From: Candidatus Micrarchaeota archaeon
GTDB taxonomy: Archaea > Micrarchaeota > Micrarchaeia > Anstonellales > Anstonellaceae
DNA length: 54,040 nt
Assembly: GCA_043810635.1 (NCBI GenBank)
Contig: JBDRNY010000021.1
Location: 1 to 54,040, forward strand
Direction: 5' to 3'
Shown: in pieces, positions 19,301-26,088 of the stretch
Position numbering within the stretch: the first letter of the stretch is position 1
How the letters are laid out: each line of letters opens with the position of its first letter
Program-made: the position numbers and the translations under genes
The notes under the pieces: generated by a model
Seen by the model: only the letters and a program-made list of their open reading frames with translations
Databases searched by the model: none
Told to the model about the DNA's origin: nothing

Positions 19301-20229
19301 GCTTTGGAAATAAAGAAAAGCTGGATAAGGAAGTGAAAAACCTTGTAAATATGTCAAGAAAAATTTTGCAGCATGTTGGCTGGAAAACATTGTGGAAGTT
19401 TGAGGGGAATGAAAAAGCATACAAACACCAGGAATTTTACAAAACGCTTTGGGCAAACGAATATGAGATGAGTTTGTATGGTGTTGTGGGGATATTGCTT
19501 CCTCCAATGGATGAGCTTATTTACGGAAAGGACATAAAAGATGCAGAGAGTGCATTTTGCGCAGCAGAAGAAGGCTCTACAGAATTTTTGCATCCGGAAA
19601 ATGTGGTTGCATTGCAGCAGATTTATCCAAGGGAAGGATGCCAGTGCAACCCATGCACTGAAACCGAAATTAAACTTGACCAGTGCAAAGAGAGCGCAAG
19701 ACTTTGCCTTGACGGAATGCCATGCAAAAGTTATAATGAAGTGAGCGGGGAGTGGGATTTGCCCCCCTCAGGAAAATGCCAGGATGCATGTATTAGGGCA
19801 GATGGAGATTATATGAAAAAGTGCGAAGATGTGCAATTAGAAGTCACGTGCAGGGCTATGAGGTCAGATAATGAGTTGTTAAGATTATGCAGTGGGGCGC
19901 AGGATTTGCCTGAGTGCGATATTATTACATTTAAGATTAGCGAGCTTGTTACAAATCCGTTCTTAAGCCCGTACAGGGCAGAATTTATTGGGGGCCTACC
20001 TGCAAAAGAGCGCTGCTATATAGAGGAGGAAGATGCAAAATTCAGCTACCGCTTGCAAATATCTGCAAGGTCGTTTTCAGAACCCATGATATATCCAACT
20101 TATGGGGCAAACACAACAGAGTGCTCAAGGCTTAAGCTTACAGATGAGGATGTTGACACCTGCAACTGGGATTATAGAATTCCGTTGCCCATAAGAAAGA
20201 CTGCATGGACATGCACAATTTCAGGATAA
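16369..20229 (+). CDS. Giant Cys-rich secreted lipoprotein (1286 aa) of unknown function, last gene of the cluster
   Basis: It has a lipobox-like signal (LFAILAAIALFASGC). There are dozens of Cys throughout and no further TM segment. The start lies 4 nt after the stop of paralog 6. No recognisable domain. Confidence 0.85.
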   Translation: MKMEDIKKTALLFAILAAIALFASGCTQQPNTNLSYADCCQYSEKNYECFMVMEGDEPKRDGDGRIELSECGICERWDDSSGLLYDNAGNILLDKKKIPITPAECENNCNFQKADCTNEDESGNCYLVENNKINQDVVVAPICRVAPGDPCTQNECSAMICSEQKPRVRLATNEQGLNAMAEKGSSASKDVDDVGGLKGMMCTFDKMSSKTTRLLKKGDGFINSFRLGISGSFSDYEQARFYFPPSDFYCGKLGERAVVDRFVNYLDDGKVLPPFRGGNFMAKLHYCQRDGEKDADDSYWYCTNPPELSGLKFIVGEYASDEAAEYACANICNYWQGKTCENNNELYTIDINIAPPGADENIEKFVDYTRYYSLLEKAYPIPDALDYYHIMPPLDAGEEDMAAELLKPGPAGARVFECTESTDCMSNICKKDEFSTTACFDKNTGERLDCGCRLIYDCDFAYLCDQLYKKRTVKWTTCYKLRNELCAYRIGEGYVLACEYNAVDNRKEFSALNDFGVITLEDDKIRTGEFWEFEQTKDEPLEIGIMQMLGKKERCYNKNLDPQWKDKKEGRCPSGYEKEFYYKWVNDPTSVRGCVDAEGGFRACIEEHWGASFAPVPYEQIIIDTYGGGTSFYTAPDITFEQLKQRMPVIDACEMQYGTDVIESETNEGTLEEALKNSGGYPQDENAKRINKMWRLNRQGENSGFGKCMRSGKGDYDMPSVLEYGVCEPCGTTLSLAFQKITTHDKSYCPTTCNTVFPMCLCDDEVEEPRAHFIYLHETAPKTYPEYGFISSKIDEYMAAGIMPVLDIKEYEITTSALGLDKYTRYWDADGEGREWCENMGGEWEEEGNFLDYSDSCTWEIGLGGDYFLKGLADGRSASILIVDDLEGVETKQRISNVRSQCPDCMLALEIKLEEGEVQKAMEDGTYPQRVSDIIREFSEEKEYDEYRFSDPWGGMPKPPQIADVDILVLNMNLEGASFGNKEKLDKEVKNLVNMSRKILQHVGWKTLWKFEGNEKAYKHQEFYKTLWANEYEMSLYGVVGILLPPMDELIYGKDIKDAESAFCAAEEGSTEFLHPENVVALQQIYPREGCQCNPCTETEIKLDQCKESARLCLDGMPCKSYNEVSGEWDLPPSGKCQDACIRADGDYMKKCEDVQLEVTCRAMRSDNELLRLCSGAQDLPECDIITFKISELVTNPFLSPYRAEFIGGLPAKERCYIEEEDAKFSYRLQISARSFSEPMIYPTYGANTTECSRLKLTDEDVDTCNWDYRIPLPIRKTAWTCTISG

Positions 20230-20266
20230 ACACAATAATTTATTTGGATGGGGGAAAAGGAATGAA

Positions 20267-20277
20267 TTTTAAATATT
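20267..20277 (+). promoter_or_regulatory. Candidate TATA box of the psmA-exosome superoperon
   Basis: TTTTAAATATT lies about 60 nt upstream of the psmA ATG. An SD-like AGGGGTG lies 7 nt before the ATG. Confidence 0.35.
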
Positions 20278-20333
20278 GGTGCAACATAAAAAGAGTAACA
20301 AAAAGATGTCAGTCGTCTTTAGGGGTGTAATAT

Positions 20334-21044
20334 ATGTATCCAGTTTCATCTCAAGCATATGACCGGGCAATTACTGTTTTCTCGCCAGACGGAAGGCTTT
20401 TCCAGGTGGAATATGCCAAAGAGGCGGTGAGAAGGGGAGCCACTGCAATTGGATTGGTTTGCAGTGACGGCGTGGTATTGGTTGCATACAAGCATGCGCC
20501 ATCAAAATTGCTTGTGCCGGATTCTATGAAAAAAATATTTGAAATTGACACTCATATTTCTGCAACAGCTTCGGGGTTGATTGCAGATGCGAGAAGATTG
20601 ATTGATATTGCAAGAGTGGAGGCGCAAAGGCACAAAGTTGCATATTCAGAAAGCATTACTGTTGAAGCTATTGCAAAAGAATTGTGTGATTTGATGCAAG
20701 TGTATACCCAATACGGGGGAATAAGGCCTTTTGGGGTGAGCTTGCTTATTGCAGGCATTGACAGGGAGCCAAGGCTTTATGAGGCAGAACCGTCAGGTGC
20801 ATTGACAGGATATAAAGCATGTGCAATAGGCTCTGGGAAGAAAGAGGTGGAGGAGTTTTTTGAAAAAGAATATAAAGAGGATATTTCCTCTTCAGATGGA
20901 ATTTCGCTTGCAATAAAAGCATTGAAAAAAAATACTGAATTGAAATTGGACAGGGATAATATTGAAATTGCTATTTGCCCGAAAAGCAGCAAAAAATTTG
21001 ACATACTTTCTCCAAAAGAAGTGGAAAAATATTTGAAACCATAA
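20334..21044 (+). CDS. psmA: Proteasome subunit alpha
   Basis: The N-terminus YDRAITVFSPDGRLFQVEYAKEAV is the canonical 20S alpha-subunit signature. The length (236 aa) and the synteny with SBDS and the exosome genes agree. Confidence 0.95.
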   Translation: MYPVSSQAYDRAITVFSPDGRLFQVEYAKEAVRRGATAIGLVCSDGVVLVAYKHAPSKLLVPDSMKKIFEIDTHISATASGLIADARRLIDIARVEAQRHKVAYSESITVEAIAKELCDLMQVYTQYGGIRPFGVSLLIAGIDREPRLYEAEPSGALTGYKACAIGSGKKEVEEFFEKEYKEDISSSDGISLAIKALKKNTELKLDRDNIEIAICPKSSKKFDILSPKEVEKYLKP

Positions 21045-21063
21045 AAAGGTGAGTTGGAGCCGA

Positions 21064-21756
21064 ATGGCATCACTTGACAAGGCAATTGTTGCGCATATAA
21101 AAGTGGACGGAGCTGAATTTCAGATATTGGTAGATCCTGATTTGGCTTTAATGTATAAATTAGGGCAGAAAAAGGAATTGAATAATGTATTAGTAGTGGA
21201 AGAAGTGTTTGAAGATGCTAAAAAGGGGGAAAGGCATAAAAGCTCTGCCCTTCAAAAAGCATTTGGAACAACTGATGTATTCTCTATTGCGGAAAAAATT
21301 ATCAAAACAGGGCATATTGCCCTGACAACAGACCAGAAGAGAAGGATGGTGAAGGAAAAAAGAAAGCAGATTGCAGTGCTTATTGCAAAGGAGGCAACAG
21401 ACCCGAGGACGGGCGCGCCCCATCCGCTTGCAAGAATTGAAAATGCGATGGAAAATATAAGGCTTGATGTTGACCCTATTAAAGATGCGTCAGAGCAGGT
21501 GGAAGAGGTGCTTGATGCACTCAAGCTCACACTGCCGATAAAGCTTGCAAAAAGAAAAATTGCTGTTAAAGTAGGGCCTGAATATGCCCAGAAAATATAT
21601 GGAATGCTGAAAAATCATGGAATTGAAAAAGAGCAATGGACTAATGACGGAAGCCTTATAGCAGTAGTAACAGTGCCTGCAGGGCTTGCAGGAGAATTTT
21701 ATGACCGGCTTAACAAGGCGACCGGCGCCAGTGCTGAAACAAAAGTGATTGAATAA
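21064..21756 (+). CDS. SBDS-family ribosome maturation protein
   Basis: It contains LDKAIVAHIKVDGAEFQILVDPDLAL and is about 230 aa. It occupies the conserved position between psmA and rrp4. The ATG at 21064 follows AAGGTGA (the track start is GTG 21049). Confidence 0.85.
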   Translation: MASLDKAIVAHIKVDGAEFQILVDPDLALMYKLGQKKELNNVLVVEEVFEDAKKGERHKSSALQKAFGTTDVFSIAEKIIKTGHIALTTDQKRRMVKEKRKQIAVLIAKEATDPRTGAPHPLARIENAMENIRLDVDPIKDASEQVEEVLDALKLTLPIKLAKRKIAVKVGPEYAQKIYGMLKNHGIEKEQWTNDGSLIAVVTVPAGLAGEFYDRLNKATGASAETKVIE

Positions 21757-21918
21757 AAAATTCGGATAAACAAACAAAAAAGTAAAATAAATAAAAAATA
21801 AACGGACGAAAAAATAAACAATAAAATGAAAAACCCGAATCTTGGAAAACGGTTTGCGGGAAAATAAATTGAAGTTTTTGTTGAGGATAGAAAAACTGAA
21901 ATAAAAAAAGGTAATGAT

Positions 21919-22749
21919 ATGGGAAAAATAGTTGTGCCAGGAGAGGTAATAGCAGAAAGCGCTGTCAGGATGCCTTATACATATACTGACGGCAAAAAAA
22001 CATATGCGACCGTGCTAAGCCTTGTTTCAGAAGGAAATAAGCTGATACCGCTTGAAGGGCCGTACGAGCCGCTGGTGGATGATGTTGTTATAGGGTATGT
22101 TATAGATGTAAGGTTTGCGGGCGCTGACGTGCAGATAAATGCCCCGGGCAGGACATTTCTTTCAAACAGGAATACAAGGGAGAAATTTGCGCTTGGAAGC
22201 ATTATAATGGCAAGAATAGAAAAAGTGGATGAAACAGGCAGCATAGACTTGAGTGAAGCGAGGGTTTTGAAAGGGGGGATATTGGAAAAAATAAGCCCGG
22301 TGAAAGTGCCCAGGCTTATCGGCAAGAAGAATTCAATGATAGGAATGATATCAAGCGCAACAGAATGCAAAATTTTTGTTGGCAGAAACGGATTTGTGTT
22401 TATATTAACAGATGGGAATTATGAATTGGCAAAAGAAGCTGTTGAAATGATTGAAAGAGAAGCCCATATTTCAGGGCTTACTGACAGGGTGGCAAAATTT
22501 CTTTCTAATAAAACAGGCAAAGAAGTGGTGCCCCAGCCCCAGGAAAATGTTAACCCTTATGCAGATTTGCCTCCGAGGGAGGAAAGAAGGGAGTATGGGA
22601 GAGGGCCTCCCAGGCAGGGAGGATATGGCGGAGATAGAAGGGAAAGAAGAGATTATGGTGACAGGCGAGGCCCTCCGAGAAGGCATAGTGGGGGGTATGG
22701 AGACAGGAGAGGGCCTCCGAGAAGGCCGAGAACAAACAGCAGATACTAA
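21919..22749 (+). CDS. rrp4: Exosome RNA-binding subunit Rrp4 (S1 + KH) with an unusual Arg/Gly-rich C-terminal tail
   Basis: It starts GKIVVPGEVIAE and has an S1/KH-like layout. It lies directly upstream of rrp41-rrp42. The tail reads GRGPPRQGGYGGDRRERRDYGDRRGPPRRHSGGYGDRRGPPRRPR. Confidence 0.85.
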   Translation: MGKIVVPGEVIAESAVRMPYTYTDGKKTYATVLSLVSEGNKLIPLEGPYEPLVDDVVIGYVIDVRFAGADVQINAPGRTFLSNRNTREKFALGSIIMARIEKVDETGSIDLSEARVLKGGILEKISPVKVPRLIGKKNSMIGMISSATECKIFVGRNGFVFILTDGNYELAKEAVEMIEREAHISGLTDRVAKFLSNKTGKEVVPQPQENVNPYADLPPREERREYGRGPPRQGGYGGDRRERRDYGDRRGPPRRHSGGYGDRRGPPRRPRTNSRY

Positions 22750-22758
22750 GGTGAAAAT

Positions 22759-23514
22759 ATGGCAGAGGATAAAACAAAGCTTATTAGAAAGGACGGAAAA
22801 AGGCTTGACGGCCGTGCAATGGATGAATTAAGGCCGCTTGAAATAAAGGCAAGGGTGCTTAACAACACAGACGGCTCGGCGCTTATAACATGGGGCAAAA
22901 ACAAAATAATTGTAGGAGTGCACGGGCCGAGGGAATGCATACCCCGCCATGACCAGTCTCCTTACCGCGCAAAAGTGAGGTGCAGGTATAATATGGCTCC
23001 ATTTTGCTCGCTTGAAGAGCATGGAAGAAGCGGGCCTTCAAGAAGAAGCCAGGAATTGTCAAAAGTTATTAGCGAGGCGTTTGGAAATGTTGTGATTGCG
23101 GAAAATTTCCCAAAAACAGCAATTGATGTTTTTATTGATGTGCTGCAGTCTGACGGAGGCACAAGGTGCGCCGCGCTTACTGCTGCCGCTGTTGCGATTG
23201 CAGATGCGGGAATTCCCTGCAAAGATTTGATATCTGCGGTTGCTGTAGGGAAATTTGAAGGAAAGCTGGCTGTTGATTTGTCAAAAGACGAGGATAATTT
23301 TGGGCAGTCGGACAATCCGATGGCATTTGCTTCAAAAAATAATGAATTGCTTCTTTACCAGATGGATGGGCTGCTTACAAAAGAGGAAATAGGCAAGGCA
23401 ATTGAGATGGGAAAAGAAGCTGCGAAAAAAATCAATGAGCTGCAGGTGAAGGCATTGCAGGAAGTTTATGCAACCCCGAAAAAAAGATGGGTAGAGCTCG
23501 GAAACGGGAAATAA
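22759..23514 (+). CDS. rrp41: Exosome RNase PH-like catalytic subunit Rrp41
   Basis: It contains RKDGKRLDGRAMDELRPLEIKARVLNNTDGSALITWGKNKIIVGVHGPRE, an RNase PH fold signature. Synteny agrees. Confidence 0.92.
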   Translation: MAEDKTKLIRKDGKRLDGRAMDELRPLEIKARVLNNTDGSALITWGKNKIIVGVHGPRECIPRHDQSPYRAKVRCRYNMAPFCSLEEHGRSGPSRRSQELSKVISEAFGNVVIAENFPKTAIDVFIDVLQSDGGTRCAALTAAAVAIADAGIPCKDLISAVAVGKFEGKLAVDLSKDEDNFGQSDNPMAFASKNNELLLYQMDGLLTKEEIGKAIEMGKEAAKKINELQVKALQEVYATPKKRWVELGNGK

Positions 23515-23530
23515 AAATAAGGTGAAACTA

Positions 23531-24307
23531 ATGGAAATAGAAAAAGAAATTAGCCATGACATGGTTGAAAACCTGCTTAAGCAGGGAAAAAGAGGGGACG
23601 GAAGAAAAAAGCTGGAATACCGTGAAATTAAGTTGCAGAAAAATGTTATTCCAAACGCCGAAGGGTCGGCGCTTTGCTCTATTGGAAAAACACAGTTGCT
23701 TTCAGCAGTTAAGATTGCTTTGGCAAAGCCGTACCCTGACAGGCCTGAAGACGGGATACTTTCAACTAGCGCTGAATTTACCCCGCTCGGCTCCCCTTAT
23801 TTTGAGCCGGGCCCTCCCAGAGCTGGCGCAATAGAGCTTGCAAGGGTTGTGGACAGGGGAATCCGCTCGTCGGAATGCATTAACTTGAAAAAGCATAATA
23901 TTGAAAATTCGGAATTTGTGCTTGCAACATATATTGATTTGTGGATACTTGACCATGACGGAAATTTATTTGATGCGGCAATGCTTGCATCAATGTCTGC
24001 ATTGCAGAATACAAGGATGCCGAAAGTTGAGGAAGACAAGATAATTCGGGATGAAATTGTCGGAAAGCTGAAATTGTCAACTTCGGTTGTATCGTGCACA
24101 TTCACCAAAATCGGGGAAAATCTCCTCCTGGACCCTGCATTTGAAGAGGAAATTGGTGCTGAAGCAATGCTTACAATAGGCACCACCCCGGAATATGTGT
24201 GTGCAGTGCAGAAAAGCAAAAGAGGGGGGCTGACCCAAAAAGATATATTGGAATTGGTAGATATATCTTTTGACAAAGGAAAGGAATTGAGAAAATTCCT
24301 GGATTGA
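23531..24307 (+). CDS. rrp42: Exosome RNase PH-like subunit Rrp42
   Basis: It contains RGDGRKKLEYREIKLQKNVIPNAEGSALCSIGKTQLL. The position after rrp41 agrees. ATG 23531 follows AAGGTGA. Confidence 0.9.
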   Translation: MEIEKEISHDMVENLLKQGKRGDGRKKLEYREIKLQKNVIPNAEGSALCSIGKTQLLSAVKIALAKPYPDRPEDGILSTSAEFTPLGSPYFEPGPPRAGAIELARVVDRGIRSSECINLKKHNIENSEFVLATYIDLWILDHDGNLFDAAMLASMSALQNTRMPKVEEDKIIRDEIVGKLKLSTSVVSCTFTKIGENLLLDPAFEEEIGAEAMLTIGTTPEYVCAVQKSKRGGLTQKDILELVDISFDKGKELRKFLD

Positions 24308-24327
24308 ATTTTGAAGAGGTTATTATT

Positions 24328-24576
24328 ATGGCAGGCAAAAATGTAAGAAGCGGCGCTGAATTAAGGAAAAGGGCGGCAGCAGTAAAAGCTTCAAAAACAA
24401 AAAAGCACATCTGCCCCCGCACCGGGAAGAAAATGAAAAGAATTTCAAATTCCATCTGGAGGTCTGCGGGAGGGTATGTGTATGCAGGGGGGGCGTATGC
24501 GCCAGCCACTTCATCAGGGGAAGTTTTTTCAAGAATGGTAAAAGAGTATAAGCAGAAAAAAGCAAATAAGAAGTGA
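24328..24576 (+). CDS. rpl37ae: Ribosomal protein L37Ae (eL43) with three of the four zinc-ribbon cysteines lost
   Basis: It has an L37Ae-like GGAYAP motif and the conserved position before rpoP. HICPRTGKKMKRISNSIWRSAGGYVYAGGAYAP replaces the usual C-P-x-C...W-x-C-x-x-C pattern. Confidence 0.8.
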   Translation: MAGKNVRSGAELRKRAAAVKASKTKKHICPRTGKKMKRISNSIWRSAGGYVYAGGAYAPATSSGEVFSRMVKEYKQKKANKK

Positions 24577-24713
24577 TGGCTATGTATATGTGTGCAAAAT
24601 GCAAAAAGGAAATTAATGAACTGGAAACAAAGTTTACAAGGTGCCCTTACTGCGGATGCAGGGAAGTGCACAAAACAAGGCAGCCTATTGCAAAAGATGT
24701 GGATACTGATTAG
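24576..24713 (+). CDS. rpoP: DNA-directed RNA polymerase subunit P (Rpo12)
   Basis: This is a 45-aa ORF absent from the track (too short): MAMYMCAKCKKEINELETKFTRCPYCGCREVHKTRQPIAKDVDTD, with CxxC...CxxC. Its ATG overlaps the L37Ae stop (ATGA). Confidence 0.85.
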   Translation: MAMYMCAKCKKEINELETKFTRCPYCGCREVHKTRQPIAKDVDTD

Positions 24714-24755
24714 GCGCTTCCTTTTTTATATTATCTAATTCCAAACTTAATTTGT

Positions 24756-25142
24756 ATGTTAATTACTGTTTCGAAAAATTCCTCCGGAAAAATAAGGAGG
24801 AGTGCGGAAAAAATTGCTGCGCATATTCCGGAGTGTGGGTATATTCCGCGCTCGGGAAGGGCTATTTCAGAAATTTGCAATATTGTAAATAAGAGAGGGG
24901 GGAAGGAAATATTTGTTATTGATGAAAAAATGAGAGTAAGGAAATATTATGAAAAAGAAGGGGAATGGTGCTGGGATGCACGCTCGTTTAAAATAAAAAA
25001 AATAAAATTCGGGAAAATTGTGGAAAGAGAAATTTTTGATATGAAACTTGTTGCGAAAAATAAAGAGGGGAAAGATATTGTAGAATTTTTGGTTTTGAAA
25101 GCGGGTATGCGGAAAAATTGTGCGAAGAATGCGTGGAAATGA
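24756..25142 (+). CDS. Brix/Imp4-domain ribosome biogenesis protein (short form)
   Basis: The N-terminus MLITVSKNSSGKIRRSAEKIAAHIP...IPRSGRAISEI resembles archaeal Brix proteins. It occupies the conserved superoperon position after rpoP. Confidence 0.6.
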   Translation: MLITVSKNSSGKIRRSAEKIAAHIPECGYIPRSGRAISEICNIVNKRGGKEIFVIDEKMRVRKYYEKEGEWCWDARSFKIKKIKFGKIVEREIFDMKLVAKNKEGKDIVEFLVLKAGMRKNCAKNAWK

Positions 25143-25224
25143 AAATCGGTGTGAAAGGGGGAAAGATGAATATCAAATTTGAAAATGAGGAGAATATTGA
25201 AATTGAATATGAATGGGATGAATT

Positions 25225-25452
25225 ATGAAAAAAGTGGAATTAAAATTTGAAAATGAAGGGAGTGCGAAAAATGCTGGGAAAATTATTTCAATGCAATTGG
25301 AAAAAATAGGAAAAACAAAAACGAATGCGGAAATAAGGGGAAAGGATGTTGAAATTAAGATAGAAGATGAAGGGAAGAGTAATGAAAAGGCGGCATATTA
25401 TGCTGCAAAAAGGCTTGGAACCATGCTTTCTGAAATTGATAAGCAGATATAA
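25225..25452 (+). CDS. Probable KEOPS subunit Pcc1-like small protein
   Basis: The call rests on size (75 aa) and on its position between Brix and prefoldin beta in the archaeal superoperon. Sequence similarity was judged by eye only. Confidence 0.4.
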   Translation: MKKVELKFENEGSAKNAGKIISMQLEKIGKTKTNAEIRGKDVEIKIEDEGKSNEKAAYYAAKRLGTMLSEIDKQI

Positions 25453-25488
25453 AGGGGGGGAATTCAGTAAACTATCAGGTAATTCGCG

Positions 25489-25662
25489 TTGTCAAAAAAA
25501 GACTGGACCGTGATTTTGCATAAAGCAGAAGAAGGAGGCTACTGGGTGGATGTGCTTAATCTCCCGGGATGCATCTCACAAGGTGAAACAAAAAAAGAGG
25601 CACTCGAGAATATTAAAGAAGCCATTGAGCTTTATCTGGAAACGGTTGGGGAAGCAGGGTAA
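25489..25662 (+). CDS. HicB-like (UPF0150) antitoxin-fold small protein, TTG start, no adjacent HicA
   Basis: This 57-codon ORF is not in the track. WTVILHKAEEGGYWVDVLNLPGCISQGETKKEALENIKEAIELYLETV matches the HicB N-terminal domain pattern (GGY...PGC...G.T.EEAL.N..EAI). An SD-like AGGTAA lies 6 nt before the TTG. Confidence 0.55.
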   Translation: MSKKDWTVILHKAEEGGYWVDVLNLPGCISQGETKKEALENIKEAIELYLETVGEAG

Positions 25663-25721
25663 ACCATTAAAACCCTAAAATCCTTATGTAATACCATAAT
25701 ATTTGAAGCAGGTGAATTTGT

Positions 25722-26078
25722 ATGGCAGAATCTATCAGAGACCCGAAAAAGCTTCGGGCAGATGTTGATGAATTCCAAAGATTGCAGAGGCAGATGCAAA
25801 TGCTTGGGATGCAGAAGCAGCAGATGCAGATGCAAATTGAAGAGATGAAGCTGGCGCAGGAGGCGCTGAAAGATGCGAAAGGGGAAATTTACAAAGCTGT
25901 CGGGAATTTGCTTGTGGAAGCTGAAAAAGGGAAAACAAAAAAAGAATTGGAAGGCAGAATTGAAACATTTGAAGTAAGGAGAGGGACGATTGCAAAGCAG
26001 GAGGAAAAAATGAGGGAAAAATTGGATTCCCTGCGGAAAGAGCTTGAGAAAGCGACAGCGGCTGCGGGAAGCTCGTAA
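25722..26078 (+). CDS. pfdB: Prefoldin subunit beta
   Basis: It is a 118-aa coiled-coil protein (QRLQRQMQMLGMQKQQMQMQIEEMKLAQEAL...IYKAVGNLLVE). The superoperon position agrees. Confidence 0.85.
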   Translation: MAESIRDPKKLRADVDEFQRLQRQMQMLGMQKQQMQMQIEEMKLAQEALKDAKGEIYKAVGNLLVEAEKGKTKKELEGRIETFEVRRGTIAKQEEKMREKLDSLRKELEKATAAAGSS

Positions 26079-26088
26079 GGGTAGAATA

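Noticed and set aside
725-20229. Search for an energising NTPase (Walker A GxxxxGK[ST]) in the cluster proteins
   Set aside because: None was found by eye. The only clear P-loop in the window is the ABC ATPase at 51273-51992. I therefore make no claim of a secretion ATPase; if one exists it is encoded elsewhere.
579-20333. Possibility that the 19.5-kb cluster is an integrated mobile element or provirus at tRNA-His
   Set aside because: I find no integrase, no replication or packaging genes, and no direct repeat of the tRNA 3' end in the 20230-20333 spacer. Base composition and SD usage look like the rest of the window. The tRNA adjacency alone is not enough.
21757-21918. 162-nt A-rich spacer between the SBDS and rrp4 genes as a possible ncRNA
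   Set aside because: It contains only poly-A/AAATAAA-type low complexity and no convincing helices. It is more likely an internal promoter or spacer.
26044-26088. Upstream start (26044) for the DHH phosphoesterase
   Set aside because: It would overlap the last 35 nt of pfdB. ATG 26089 follows the pfdB stop by 10 nt and already provides the Lys/Arg-rich N-terminus.
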